NCBI GenBank assembly: GCA_963836755.1
Contig: CAWIKF010000002.1
Coordinates: 1,504,001-1,568,000, forward strand
DNA: 64,000 nt
Direction of reading: 5' to 3'
From: an uncultured Verrucomicrobiae bacterium
Lineage (GTDB): Bacteria; Verrucomicrobiota; Verrucomicrobiia; Chthoniobacterales; Chthoniobacteraceae
Positions 10,327-22,792 of the stretch are shown in pieces (positions within the stretch are counted from its first letter, which is position 1; each line of letters begins with the position of its first letter). The translations under genes were made by a program, and so were the position numbers. The notes under the pieces are model-generated. The model saw only the letters and a program-made list of their open reading frames with translations, was not told the DNA's origin and searched no databases.

Positions 10327-11332
10327 ATGCCTACCATATTGACCGTTGTTTTCGACACGAAACGCTTCGACCGCGAAGCTCTCGAAGGGGCGTCCACCGG
10401 CAGCGACGTCGAATGGCGTTTTATGGACTGCCGGCTCTCGGTGGAGACCGCGGCGGCCGCGACAGGTGCGCAGGCTGTCTGCACATTCGTGAATGACCGC
10501 GTGGACCGCGCCTGTGTCGAAGCGCTTGGAAAGCTCGGCGTGCGGCACGTCGCCCTGCGGTGCGCGGGATTCAACAGCGTCGACCTCGCCGCCACTAAAG
10601 ATCTCGGCATCACCGTCACGCGCGTGCCCGCATATTCGCCTCACGCGGTGGCCGAGCACGCCGTGGCGCTGCTGCTCGCGCTCAACCGCAAAATTCCCGC
10701 GCGCCAACAACCGTGTCCACGACCTGAACTTCTCGCTGAGCGGCCTCGTCGGTTTTGACTTGAACGGCAAGACCGCGGGCATTTTCGGCACGGGAAAAAT
10801 CGGCCGCATCGCTGCGCAAATCCTGCGCGGATTTGGCATGCGGGTGCTGGCATACGACCCGTATCCGTCGTCCGAGTGGGCGCAGCAGTTTGGAGTGGAA
10901 TATATCGAGCCGCAGACGCTCGCGCGCGAGAGCGATGTCATCTCGCTGCACACTCCGCTGACCCCCGAAACGCGGCATATCATCAACTCGCGAACCCTGA
11001 ACCTGATGAAGCCGGGCGCGGTGCTGATCAACGTGAGCCGCGGCGCGCTGATCGACACCAAGGCGCTGATCGAGGCGCTGAAATCTGGACGCCTCGGCGG
11101 CGTCGCACTCGATGTTTACGAGGAAGAGGAAGGTGTATTTTTCGAGGACCTCTCCGGCCAAATCCTCCACGACGATGAACTCGCCCGGCTGCTTACTTTC
11201 CCGAACGTCCTCATCACCGCCCACCAAGCGTTCCTCACCCACGAAGCCTTGAGCGAGATCGCCCGCGTGACAGTTGCAAATCTCACCGCCCTTGGAAAAG
11301 CCGAACCATTCCTCGAAGGCACCGCGCTGTAA
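10327..11332 (+). CDS. ldhA: D-lactate dehydrogenase (2-hydroxyacid dehydrogenase), +1 frameshift near 10697
   Basis: ALRCAGFNSVD, RVPAYSPHAVAEH in ORF 10327-10758; GTGKIG, INVSRG, LDVYEEE, ITAHQAF in ORF to 11332; extra C in AAAATTCCCGCGCGCC. Confidence 0.88.
11258..11332 (+). repeat. Copy 1 of ~75-bp degenerate direct repeat (ldhA 3' end)
   Basis: ATCGCCCGCGTGACAGTTGCAAATCTCACCGCCCTTGGAAAAGCCGAACCATTCCTCGAAGGCAC...TAA. Confidence 0.85.
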
Positions 11333-11829
11333 GTTCAACGCAACAATCTGCGCTTAAGTCAGCGTCCTACAATGCAGCTAGATAACTCGTTGATCGCGAT
11401 GGGGCATCGTAGGAATCCAGAGACGGTTATGCCCTTCCAGGCGGATCATCCGATAGTTATTGGCGACGGCAAAGCGGTCCAACTGATCCTCCCAGCGCTT
11501 CTCTGTGCCGAGAAGAACGCCTTCGGGATGATTAGCGGAAAGCATGGCGTCAGAGTGCCGGGCGTGGTGATTTTCAAGCGGGCGGCCTTTCGATCCTCAA
11601 GAAACGGGGCAGTGCGCCAGGCGAAGGGGCCGGTGGAACGACGGGTAGATGGAGACGTCCCCTTCCGGCGGATAGATGGGAGCGAGCGTCAGGATTCGCC
11701 CGCGCCTGTTCGTTGGCGAAGGGTTGCACCTTCGCGGTGAATTTTTATGGGCTCCCAACGTCAATAGCGGCAAGATTGTCCACGCGCTCGTAAGCGTGAA
11801 TACCCAGTCGGCGGAGATTTCCGGTTAGG

Positions 11830-12307
11830 GCGTGCCCATACTTTCTCGGTGTAAGTTTTGAAGAAAATGTTGAACAGCCGGCGCTCCGAATTGGTTCGAC
11901 ATTCACTCCTGAAAGTTGCGCGGGGGCCGAATGGGGAATATCCGCGCCCAGACGTAGGACAGGACGCACAGCAGCGATTCAAAGATTCGCAGCTTTCTCA
12001 GCGCTTCAAACGCCTTTAACGGAGACGAGAAAAAATTTTGGCGATATAGGATACGGGAAGATCGAGGCCGCACCAGCATGTCGTCTGGCAGAATCTCCGT
12101 CCAAAGATCTTCGACTTCCCGTGACTTGAAAAAAAACGATGCCCACCAATGTCGAAATGAAAGCCCTTGTATTCGACGGTTTTCGACATTCCTCCGCCAT
12201 ACTTCGCTTTCGAGAACGATCACCGGCCTTCCCTCCTTCGAGAGAAGATAAGCTGAGGTAAGTCCGGCAGGGCCGGCACCGACGACAAGGACCGGAAGAG
12301 GGGGCAT
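11830..12307 (-). pseudogene. Decayed FAD-dependent oxidoreductase (HemY/UDP-galactopyranose mutase-like), 5' part only
   Basis: GAGPAGLTSAYLL, then across frames KTVEYKGFHFDIGGHRFF, KSREVEDLWTEIL, RLFNIFFKTYTEKVW; several shifts, one in-frame stop, truncated. Confidence 0.8.
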
Positions 12308-12362
12308 TTAATCGCCGATCTTACCACAGGATGAACATCGAGCACTTTGAAATTCCAGCGGA

Positions 12363-12438
12363 ATCGCCCGCGTTTACGGTTGCGAATCTCACCGCCCTTG
12401 GAAAAGCCAAACCCTTCATCGAAGGCACGGTTTCGTAG
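12363..12438 (+). repeat. Copy 2 of ldhA 3'-end repeat
   Basis: ATCGCCCGCGTTTACGGTTGCGAATCTCACCGCCCTTGGAAAAGCCAAACCCTTCATCGAAGGCACGGTTTCGTAG. Confidence 0.85.
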
Positions 12439-12474
12439 CTGATTACCTTGAACCAGCCGCGTTCTGAACGCGGT

Positions 12475-12492
12475 GTAAGACCAAGGTCCGAT
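12475..12492. promoter_or_regulatory. 18-bp palindromic box GTAAGACCAAGGTCCGAT
   Basis: Upstream of hypothetical-glgX unit. Confidence 0.7.
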
Positions 12493-12601
12493 AGGCGTGA
12501 GGCAAGAGGATGGGGTTTCTTTTTTCGCGAGCGTGCGTCATCGCAACGCTCCGAGTAGCTCACCGCTTTCATACGTCAATAAGACCAAACTCGATCACAC
12601 G

Positions 12602-12934
12602 ATGCCTTCCGAAAATTTCAACATGGACGAGCTCACCGAGGAGCGCCGCAAAGCACTCGCGGCGAGTATTCGCACGATCAGTGTCGACGAATTGAATACC
12701 CTCGGAAGAGAGATCTTTCCAAATTTCGATCACCCGTGGCACACCGCCTTTTTCGACTTCCTCGCGGAGAACTCCGGCGCCACGTTCCATCACGCGACGG
12801 CAGAGGACGGCATCCACGTCATTTATTGCGGTGCTAAGGACAAAGGCATTTGGTTTATACCGGGACGCGGAAAGGGGCCGCTGCAAACGAAGGGGCTGGC
12901 GATCATGAAAGAACTCGCCGCGGGCGCGGCGTGA
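12602..12934 (+). CDS. Hypothetical protein (~110 aa)
   Basis: ATG 12602, MPSENFNMDELTEERRKAL...KGIWFIPG; fills space before glgX. Confidence 0.7.
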   Translation: MPSENFNMDELTEERRKALAASIRTISVDELNTLGREIFPNFDHPWHTAFFDFLAENSGATFHHATAEDGIHVIYCGAKDKGIWFIPGRGKGPLQTKGLAIMKELAAGAA

Positions 12935-12964
12935 CGCTGGCGCGATTGCGTCCAACGTCCGATC

Positions 12965-15073
12965 ATGACCGACTCGCGCGTCTGGCCAGGCCGACCGTCG
13001 CCGCTCGGCGCGACCGTCGATGCGAGCGGCGTTAACTTCGCGCTCTTCTCCGAGAACGCGACGAAGGTCGAGCTGTGCCTGTTCGATTCGCCTGATGCGC
13101 AGGCGGAATCGCAGCGCATCTCACTGCCGGAAAAGACCAATCAAGTCTGGCACGGCTTTTTGCCCGACGTGCAGCGGGGACAAATCTACGGCTATCGCGT
13201 GCATGGACCACACGACCCAGCTCGCGGCCATCGCTTTAATCCGCGAAAGGTTCTGCTTGATCCTTATGCCAAAGCCATCGCGCGCGATTTGCGCTGGCAC
13301 GATTCGGTGCTCGATCCCAAGCGCGACACTGCGCACTGTGCGCCGCTCGCCCGCGTTGTAGATTCGGCGTTTCACTGGAATGGCGACCAGCCGCTGCGCA
13401 CTCCGTGGCACGAGACGCTCGTTTATGAGATGCACGTCAAAGGCTTCACGAAGCAGCATCCCGAAGTGCCGGAGAAGCTGCGCGGAACTTACGCGGGCGT
13501 CGCGTCGCCTGCGGCGATCAAGCATCTGCGCGAGCTGGGCGCGACTGCCGTCGAGCTGCTCCCCGTCCATTACCACATCGATGAGAACTTCCTCGCGTCG
13601 AAAAGTCGCGTGAACTACTGGGGCTACAACACGCTCGGTTTTCTCGCACCCGATCCGCGCTTCTGCGCGAGCGGCCCGGAGGGCGCTGTGCGTGAGTTTC
13701 AGGAGATGGTGTTCGCGCTGCACGCGGCGGGAATCGAGGTCATTCTCGACGTCGTTTACAACCACACCGCCGAGGGCAACGAGCACGGTCCCACGCTTTC
13801 GCTCAAAGGCATCGACAACGCCGCCTACTACCGTCTCGCTGATGATCGCGCGCGCTACGTCGATTTCACCGGCTGTGGCAATTCGCTCAATGTCGCGCAT
13901 CCGCGCGCGCTCCAGCTCATCATGGACTCGCTGCGCCATTGGGTGATCGAGATGCACGCCGATGGTTTCCGCTTCGATCTCGCCAGCGCGCTCGCACGCG
14001 AACTGTGGGAAGTCGATAAGCTCGGCGCGTTTTTTGATATCATCCACCAGGACCCGGTGCTTTCGGAAGTAAAGCTCATCGCCGAGCCGTGGGACCTCGG
14101 CCCGAACGGCTACCAAGTCGGAAATTTTCCGGTGCTCTGGAGCGAGTGGAATGGCAAATATCGCGACTGCGTCCGGCGCTTTTGGAAAGGGCGCGGCGGC
14201 TCCGTGAGCGAGCTGGCGTCGCGGCTCGCGGGCAGCAGCGATCTTTACGCGCACAATGGCCGCCGCCCGAGCGCGAGCGTCAATTTCATCACTGCGCACG
14301 ATGGCTTCACGATGCGCGATCTCGTGAGCTACGATGGCAAACACAACGAGGCGAACGGCGAGGAAAACCGCGATGGTTGCAACGATAACGACAGTTGGAA
14401 TTGCGGCGCGGAGGGCGCGACAAACGACGCGGAGATCATCACGTTGCGCGCCCGGCAGCAGCGCAATCTCCTTGCGACGCTTCTCCTTTCGCAAGGCGTG
14501 CCGATGCTCCTCGCCGGCGACGAATTCGGCCAGACGCAGCACGGTAACAACAACGCCTACTGCCAGGATTCGCCGATCGCGTGGCTCGACTGGAACCTTT
14601 CCGACGAACAGCGCGCGCTGCTGGAGTTCACGCGTGAATTGATGCGGCTGCGGAAATCGGAGCCCGTCTTCCGGCGCCGCCATTTTTTCCAAGGCCGCAC
14701 AATCCATGGCGCCGAAATCAAAGACCTTTATTGGCTGAAGTTTGACGGCACCGAAATGACGGACGCCGACTGGAACGCCGGCCATGCGCGCTGTATCGGC
14801 ATGGGATTGCCCGGCGATCAGATCACGGAAATCGGCGAGCATGGCGAGCGCATCAGCGGCGACACTTTCGCGATCCTGCTCAACGCGCATCACGAGCCGC
14901 TTGATTTCCGTCTTGGCGCACGAAGCCGCGATGCGCGCTGGAGGTGTGTCTTCGACACCGCTGCACCCGACGCCGAATCGCGCACCTTCGAGCACATGAG
15001 CACCTTTCCGCTCCAAGCCCGCTCCCTCGCCGTCCTGCGCGCCGAATTTCCTCCGATTTCCGCCACGATTTGA
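12965..15073 (+). CDS. glgX: Glycogen debranching enzyme (isoamylase, GH13)
   Basis: [54 protein letters not shown]. Confidence 0.97.
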   Translation: MTDSRVWPGRPSPLGATVDASGVNFALFSENATKVELCLFDSPDAQAESQRISLPEKTNQVWHGFLPDVQRGQIYGYRVHGPHDPARGHRFNPRKVLLDPYAKAIARDLRWHDSVLDPKRDTAHCAPLARVVDSAFHWNGDQPLRTPWHETLVYEMHVKGFTKQHPEVPEKLRGTYAGVASPAAIKHLRELGATAVELLPVHYHIDENFLASKSRVNYWGYNTLGFLAPDPRFCASGPEGAVREFQEMVFALHAAGIEVILDVVYNHTAEGNEHGPTLSLKGIDNAAYYRLADDRARYVDFTGCGNSLNVAHPRALQLIMDSLRHWVIEMHADGFRFDLASALARELWEVDKLGAFFDIIHQDPVLSEVKLIAEPWDLGPNGYQVGNFPVLWSEWNGKYRDCVRRFWKGRGGSVSELASRLAGSSDLYAHNGRRPSASVNFITAHDGFTMRDLVSYDGKHNEANGEENRDGCNDNDSWNCGAEGATNDAEIITLRARQQRNLLATLLLSQGVPMLLAGDEFGQTQHGNNNAYCQDSPIAWLDWNLSDEQRALLEFTRELMRLRKSEPVFRRRHFFQGRTIHGAEIKDLYWLKFDGTEMTDADWNAGHARCIGMGLPGDQITEIGEHGERISGDTFAILLNAHHEPLDFRLGARSRDARWRCVFDTAAPDAESRTFEHMSTFPLQARSLAVLRAEFPPISATI

Positions 15074-15125
15074 ACGTCGAACGTTCGCAAAAGCTCGCGG
15101 CTGAATTAACGAGTGGGAATAAGCA

Positions 15126-15443
15126 TGGATGATCGAATGCAGCGGCTCCAAACGCTGTCGGTTGTCGTATTTCTCGTGATCGCCGCGCCGCTCGCCCGCG
15201 CTGCTTTTTTTCCCTACGCTCTTCGTTCTCGGCTGGTGGTTTGGCGGCGCGCAGCGCAGGGAACTCGGCCTCGCCACCGCCGCGCGAAATTTCGGCGCGG
15301 CACTCGCCCCTGCGGCGAGCTTCTTCCCGGACCCGAACGTCAGCGTAATGATCGTCGTTGGCGCGATCGTTTGCCTCGTCGTCACGTTCGTAGCAGCCGG
15401 ATGGGTGCGCCGACGGAGTGAGCCGGTCTTAGAAGGCGAATAG
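15126..15443 (+). pseudogene. Internally deleted bile acid:sodium symporter (BASS)-like remnant
   Basis: Alternate frame reads LFVLGWWFGGAQRRELGLATAARNFGAALAPAASFFPDPNVSVMIVV...GE*, resembling BASS C-terminal RN..AL motif. Confidence 0.5.
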
Positions 15444-15475
15444 ACGGAGTCGCTGCCGGCGGAGCTCGCTCGTGC

Positions 15476-15493
15476 ATAAGACCAAGGTCCGAT
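15476..15493. promoter_or_regulatory. 18-bp palindromic box ATAAGACCAAGGTCCGAT
   Basis: Upstream of fbaA. Confidence 0.72.
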
Positions 15494-15548
15494 TGGCGCA
15501 GCGCGAGGACTCGGGAACTGTGGGTTCGCTTCAAACCAGCCGCCCGCC

Positions 15549-16574
15549 ATGCCTGTCGCCGACTACAAAACTTACTGCAAAATTCTCGACCGCGCCCGCG
15601 CCGGCCGCTTCGCGCTGCCCGCCGTCAACGTCACCTCACTCACCACCGCCAACGCCGTCTTGCGCGGCCTCGCCGAGAGCAAGAGCGACGGCATCATCCA
15701 AATTTCCACGGGCGGCGGCGCGTTTGCATCGGGCTCGGCGCTGAAGGACATGGCGCTCGGCGCGATTGCGATCGCGGAGCACGTGCATCGCGCGGCGGCG
15801 CGTTACAACATCTACGTCGCGCTGCACACCGACCATTGTTTGAAAGACAAGCTTGACAAATTTGTCCTGCCGCTCGTCGAGGAAACGGAGAAGCGCCGCG
15901 CGGCGGGCCGACCCAATCTTTTCAACTGCCACATGTTCGATGGGAGCAATCTCTCGTTGCAGGAGAACATCCAAATTTCCGCAAAGCTGCTCGAACGCTT
16001 TAAGAAAAACGATCTCATCCTCGAAATCGAAACGGGCGCGGTGGGCGGCGAGGAAGATGACGTCGTCGGTGAAAAGGGCGCAAAACTTTATACCACTCCC
16101 GAGGACACGCTCGAAGTCGCGCGGGAGCTGAATCCAATCAGCGGCCGCTACTTGCTCGCGGCGACTTTTGGCAACGTCCACGGCGTTTACAAACCGGGCC
16201 ACGTGAAGCTAAAGCCGAGCGTGCTGAAGGCGTGTGATGATGCCGTCGCAAAGGCGCATGGAGAGGATGCGCGCTTCGATTTTGTATTCCACGGCGGCTC
16301 GGGATCAACGCTGGCGGAGATTCACGAATCACTCGACTACGGCGTGGTGAAGATGAACGTCGATACCGACATGCAGTATTCATTCACGCGTGCAGTCGCG
16401 GGACACATGTTTAAAAACTACGACGGCGTTCTGAAGGTGGACGGCGAGGTCGGGAACAAGAAAGCCTATGATCCGCGCGCTTATCTCGCCCTCGCTGAGG
16501 CGTCGATGGCGGAACGGGTGAAGCAGGCGGTGAGCGATCTGCGCGGCACGGGGACGACGATGTTTGCGGCGTAA
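15549..16574 (+). CDS. fbaA: Class II fructose-bisphosphate aldolase
   Basis: ALHTDHC, HMFDGS, VGGEED, FGNVHGVYKPG, VFHGGSG, KMNVDTD. Confidence 0.96.
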   Translation: MPVADYKTYCKILDRARAGRFALPAVNVTSLTTANAVLRGLAESKSDGIIQISTGGGAFASGSALKDMALGAIAIAEHVHRAAARYNIYVALHTDHCLKDKLDKFVLPLVEETEKRRAAGRPNLFNCHMFDGSNLSLQENIQISAKLLERFKKNDLILEIETGAVGGEEDDVVGEKGAKLYTTPEDTLEVARELNPISGRYLLAATFGNVHGVYKPGHVKLKPSVLKACDDAVAKAHGEDARFDFVFHGGSGSTLAEIHESLDYGVVKMNVDTDMQYSFTRAVAGHMFKNYDGVLKVDGEVGNKKAYDPRAYLALAEASMAERVKQAVSDLRGTGTTMFAA

Positions 16575-16598
16575 GTTGACGCGAAACAGCAGCGTCCT

Positions 16599-16616
16599 AT
16601 CCGACCTTGGTCCCAT
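16599..16616. promoter_or_regulatory. 18-bp palindromic box ATCCGACCTTGGTCCCAT
   Basis: Upstream of eno-gap-pyk. Confidence 0.7.
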
Positions 16617-16671
16617 TCACTGCGACTCCCGAACTGCGGCAGGCTCCCCTAGTCCAACAGCTTTCTCGTAA

Positions 16672-19067
<2,396 letters not shown>

Positions 19068-19107
19068 CAGCGCGTCACTCTCGCCCAAACCTAGAGATCC
19101 AATCACC

Positions 19108-20544
19108 ATGAACGCGGCGCTTCCCGACCACAAAACGAAGATTGTCGCAACGATCGGACCGGCTTCGGAATCGCCGGAGATGCTCGAGCGCCTCATCCGA
19201 GCAGGGCTGAACGTCGCGCGGCTAAACTTTTCGCACGGCGAATTTTCCAAACACGCAGAGGTGGTCAAACGCATTCGCGCGGCGGCGCAGGCCACAGGCC
19301 GGCGCGTCGCGATCATGGCCGATCTGCCGGGGCCGAAAATGCGCGTTGGAAAGGTTTCGCCGGAGCCAATCTTGCTCGTGCCCGGGGAAATGTTTACGCT
19401 CACGAATGAAGAAATCGTCGGCGATGCGCAGCGCGTTTCGATGAGCTTTGAGCCTCTGCCGCGTGTGGTAAAGCCAGACGACCGGCTTTTTCTCAATGAC
19501 GGACTCCTCCAACTGATCGTCAAAAGCGTCGAGGGCAACGACGTTCATTGCGTGGTTGCGGTTGGCGGGGAGTTGAGGTCAAAAAAGGGACTCAATCTGC
19601 CGGGTATCGACCTCGGCATCAGCGCGTTCACAGAGCGCGATCGCGAATGTCTCGAATTTGCGCTCGACGCCGGCGTGGATGCGGTGAGTCAGTCTTTTGT
19701 CGAGCGCGCCCGCGACATCGAGGCAGTGCGCGAGGCGGCGACGAAGCTCGGGCGGGTGCCGTTCATTATCGCAAAAATCGAGCGATCGGATGCGCTCAAG
19801 TATTACGACGAAATCCTCGCGGTGGCCGATGGCATCATGGTTGCGCGCGGCGATCTCGGCGTGGAGGTGCCGATCGAGGCGATCGCGCAGACGCAGAAGC
19901 AGCTCATCGCGAAAGCAAACCTCGCGAGCAAGCCCGTCATCACGGCCACGCAAATGCTCGAATCAATGGTCAGCAGCCGCCTGCCCACGCGCGCCGAGGC
20001 AACCGACGTCGCCAATGCGATCCTCGACGGCACCGATTGCGTGATGCTCTCCGGCGAATCGGCGATGGGTAAATTTCCCGAGGAAGCAGTGACGATGCTG
20101 GCAAAGATTGCAGCTTACGCCGAGACGCATCGCGTGCGCGCCGCCCTCGCCGCGCGCCGCGCGTTTTTCGCACAAGACACGCCGCCGACGCCGGATAGCA
20201 GGATCGCATCGCTCGTGGAATACACCTTCGACACCGTGCCTTGCGACCTGGCGCTGGTGCCGACGCATAGCGGCAAAACCGCGCGCGTCATTTCCGGGCG
20301 CAAGCCGCCAGTGTGGATCCTCTCTCCCAGCAGGGACGCCGCTGTTTGCCAGGGGCTCGCGTTTTCCTACGGTGTTTATCCAGTCGATCTCGCGGATGAA
20401 CCGGACGATTGGCGGGAGTTCAACACACGCATGTGCTCTGAGCACGGCATTGATGCGAGCCGTGTCATTCTCGTCGCCGGCCCCTCCGCGCGAAATCCGC
20501 GGGCAAATCACCGCATCGAGCTCATGCAACTCTCCCCGCGGTAA
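19108..20544 (+). CDS. pyk: Pyruvate kinase
   Basis: KTKIVATIGPAS, ARLNFSHG, IIAKIE, MVARGDLGVE, ATQMLESM; likely start ATG 19108. Confidence 0.96.
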   Translation: MNAALPDHKTKIVATIGPASESPEMLERLIRAGLNVARLNFSHGEFSKHAEVVKRIRAAAQATGRRVAIMADLPGPKMRVGKVSPEPILLVPGEMFTLTNEEIVGDAQRVSMSFEPLPRVVKPDDRLFLNDGLLQLIVKSVEGNDVHCVVAVGGELRSKKGLNLPGIDLGISAFTERDRECLEFALDAGVDAVSQSFVERARDIEAVREAATKLGRVPFIIAKIERSDALKYYDEILAVADGIMVARGDLGVEVPIEAIAQTQKQLIAKANLASKPVITATQMLESMVSSRLPTRAEATDVANAILDGTDCVMLSGESAMGKFPEEAVTMLAKIAAYAETHRVRAALAARRAFFAQDTPPTPDSRIASLVEYTFDTVPCDLALVPTHSGKTARVISGRKPPVWILSPSRDAAVCQGLAFSYGVYPVDLADEPDDWREFNTRMCSEHGIDASRVILVAGPSARNPRANHRIELMQLSPR

Positions 20545-20749
20545 AAGCGCACGCCGCGCTTTCGGCTCTGTCCTTGGTCGACAAGCCTCTTACAAAAAGT
20601 TTGGGGCAACAACCGTGCGACGCTCCCCCTTTTCGCATGAATGGGACTGCAAATGCCCAGAAAAAGTTTTTCCGGCCCTGTTCCCGCGGTAAACCTTCCA
20701 GAGAGACAAACTGCGGTAAACCCGCCAGAAAAGGGTCGTCCGGCCTAGT

Positions 20750-20916
20750 TTTCCAGCAACCGCCTTCTTCACGACCGACATCGTCGCTCGTTTGGGCGCC
20801 TCAAAGCTGCTAGAGTTCTGTTTCGTGGCGAGCCGACCAACGTGGGTCCCATTACTGCGGTGATTTTCGATGACACCTGTGGAAACCTCATCAACTTAGT
20901 TCAACCTGCGGCCTAA
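20750..20916 (+). pseudogene. C-terminal fragment of VOC/glyoxalase gene (cassette remnant)
   Basis: FPATAFFTTDI...VLFRGEPTNVGPITAVIFDDTCGNLINLVQPAA*; its TAA lies in the first box of an attC. Confidence 0.7.
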
Positions 20917-20970
20917 CCATGCGCTGCAGCGAACCGGCTCCGCCTGTAGCTGATCTTGTTCTCGTTAGGC
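20911..20970 (+). mobile_element. Integron attC site (59-base element)
   Basis: GCCTAAC...GTTAGGC complementary RYYYAAC/GTTRRRY ends, 60 bp, internal GCTGCAG/CTGTAGC dyad. Confidence 0.8.
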
Positions 20971-21298
20971 GCTTTTCCACGCACGAGCCAAGCAACACGC
21001 ACCCAAAATGGAGCAAGCTTCCGAGACTGAACTATTTCGCCGGCGTATCGAGGTCGTCCTCGATTTCATTTCTGACGACATCTTCCCGCTTATGCTTCGC
21101 TGGCTGGTTATTGCTCTCCTCTTCATCGGCCTGGCCAGGCAGCGGATGGGTGAGCTTAAAACGTCTCGCCAGCTTCGATGAAGGTCGTCGATCTCGATCA
21201 CGCAGCCATCGGCTCGAACTCAGGAGCCTTTTCCCTCTTCGCGCGATGCACACCGGCTCGATTTTGTCGTGCGCTACGATCTCGTGCGCTGACGCGAA

Positions 21299-22345
21299 TT
21301 AAAATCCGGCCCGTCCTTCGCGGATGCGGTGGGAAAAATCAGGATCGGCGTCCGCGGATTTTGCCGCGTGATTGATGCGCGCTTGTTCTTTCAATTCGGG
21401 GAAACTCAACCCGCCGGGGGCGAGGGCGTGGCGTTCGAAAAGCAGCTCGTCCATTTTGCCATTGAGAAGGATTCGCCAATCCCATGGCGTCCGCTTCGCG
21501 GCGGCGCGCTGAGTGCGGATGCTCGTCGTGCAGTTACTCGTCGCCGCGTTATACCAGCACGGCTTGGCATGCATGGCGTTGAGCGCGCCAAGGTAATCCT
21601 CGAATCGTTCGCGCGCCTGTGCCGGAGCCATGTCGAGCCGGTAGAGGTAAACGTCCTCGCCCTTGCGGTAGTTGGTGCGCACGCGGATGACATCGCGTTC
21701 GTTGGCGACGATGTAAATCAACTCATATTGCCGGTAGAGACCGCCGACTGCCGAATAGCTCTCGCCGATTTCTTTGCGTGTCTCGATTGAAAAGCATACT
21801 GGCGGCGCGTCGGCAAACTGGAAGCTCGCGACGGGATGCGCGATGTAAGCCGAACCCCAATAATTGATCGCGAGGTCGAGGCCGGTGATCTGCGAAAGTC
21901 GCACCGTGCGCGTTTCCCAGCGCGGAGTGAAATCGGTTTCGGTGCGGTAATCGAAATTGCGGACATTGTGCAGCACGACAGTGTCGCCGCTGATTTCGGC
22001 CCAAGCTGTTCGATCCACGTCCGGCTGCCACCGGCGATCCTGGCTCGGCTGCAGCGTGAACCACCAGACGAGCACCAGCGCAAACAGGACGATGAGCGCG
22101 CCGAGCTTTCTGAATGGGCCGCGGACGAAAATACCAGCCGCGGCCACAGCGCACAAAAACGCCACGGCGACCGCGCTTTTCCAAAACGGAGAATCGTAAT
22201 ACAGCGCGCCCACCGCCCAGGCATCGCAACCAAGCGCTATCGGCCAGGCGAGCCAGAGCGCGATGGTGCGAAAGGCGCGGCGCGGCCCGTAGCAGCGGTG
22301 CTTATCGCGGCCACCAGCGCTGTCATCCGCTGCCGTGCTCTCCAT
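21299..22345 (-). CDS. DUF4105 (Lnb N-terminal periplasmic domain-like) membrane protein
   Basis: N-terminal TMs; NVRNFDYRTETDF, IAHPVASF, SIETRKE, YELIYI..ERDVI, WYNAATSNCTT. Confidence 0.85.
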   Translation of the reverse strand: MESTAADDSAGGRDKHRCYGPRRAFRTIALWLAWPIALGCDAWAVGALYYDSPFWKSAVAVAFLCAVAAAGIFVRGPFRKLGALIVLFALVLVWWFTLQPSQDRRWQPDVDRTAWAEISGDTVVLHNVRNFDYRTETDFTPRWETRTVRLSQITGLDLAINYWGSAYIAHPVASFQFADAPPVCFSIETRKEIGESYSAVGGLYRQYELIYIVANERDVIRVRTNYRKGEDVYLYRLDMAPAQARERFEDYLGALNAMHAKPCWYNAATSNCTTSIRTQRAAAKRTPWDWRILLNGKMDELLFERHALAPGGLSFPELKEQARINHAAKSADADPDFSHRIREGRAGF

Positions 22346-22770
22346 TACTCGGGATCGAGAAGCGCCAGCGGGACTTCCAGCCATTCCGCTGCCGCGGCCC
22401 GCTCTCGGAATGTGCGCACTTGGATCGACGCGTCTTCCATGAGCGCCTCATACATCCGCGCGATACCGAATCCCGCCACCGTGCTGGAGAAAAAGGCCGA
22501 TTTCGCCGGCTGAACGACGTCCCGCCGACGGTCGGCGATTTTGAAGACATGTCCGATCGTCAGCCGGATTCTGGTGAGCTCGCTGAAATCTGCATAGCGG
22601 TGAAACGGACGTTCATTAAAAAGTTCCTCCGTCTCGATGACGGCGACGATCGCGTCTGCAACGGCGTCGGTAAGTTCTCCGCGCGGATGCCATGTAAAGA
22701 GCCGGGCTCCCGGGTGAAAGCGCGTGTGGTCAAAGAGCCGTAGGATATCAGCAACTGGAATCTCGTTCAT
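22345..22770 (-). CDS. Hypothetical protein (STAS/SpoIIAA-like fold possible)
   Basis: 141-aa ORF, FGIARMYE..VRTF..AAEWL ending; translationally coupled to DUF4105 gene. Confidence 0.65.
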   Translation of the reverse strand: MNEIPVADILRLFDHTRFHPGARLFTWHPRGELTDAVADAIVAVIETEELFNERPFHRYADFSELTRIRLTIGHVFKIADRRRDVVQPAKSAFFSSTVAGFGIARMYEALMEDASIQVRTFRERAAAAEWLEVPLALLDPE

Positions 22771-22792
22771 TTCTTGCGTGACGGCTGAAACG

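Noticed and set aside
11372..11740. 122-aa ORF after ldhA
   Set aside because: No recognisable motif; lies in the decayed segment between the direct repeats.
12579..12963. Weak extra operator-like sites ATAAGACCAAACTCGAT (12579) and TTGCGTCCAACGTCCGAT (12946)
   Set aside because: Only one good half-site each; not counted among the nine boxes.
13121..15550. 809-aa minus-strand ORF and similar long antisense ORFs (e.g. 23264-24481, 43324-44664, 48367-49710)
   Set aside because: Shadow frames of well-supported genes in GC-rich DNA; no motifs.
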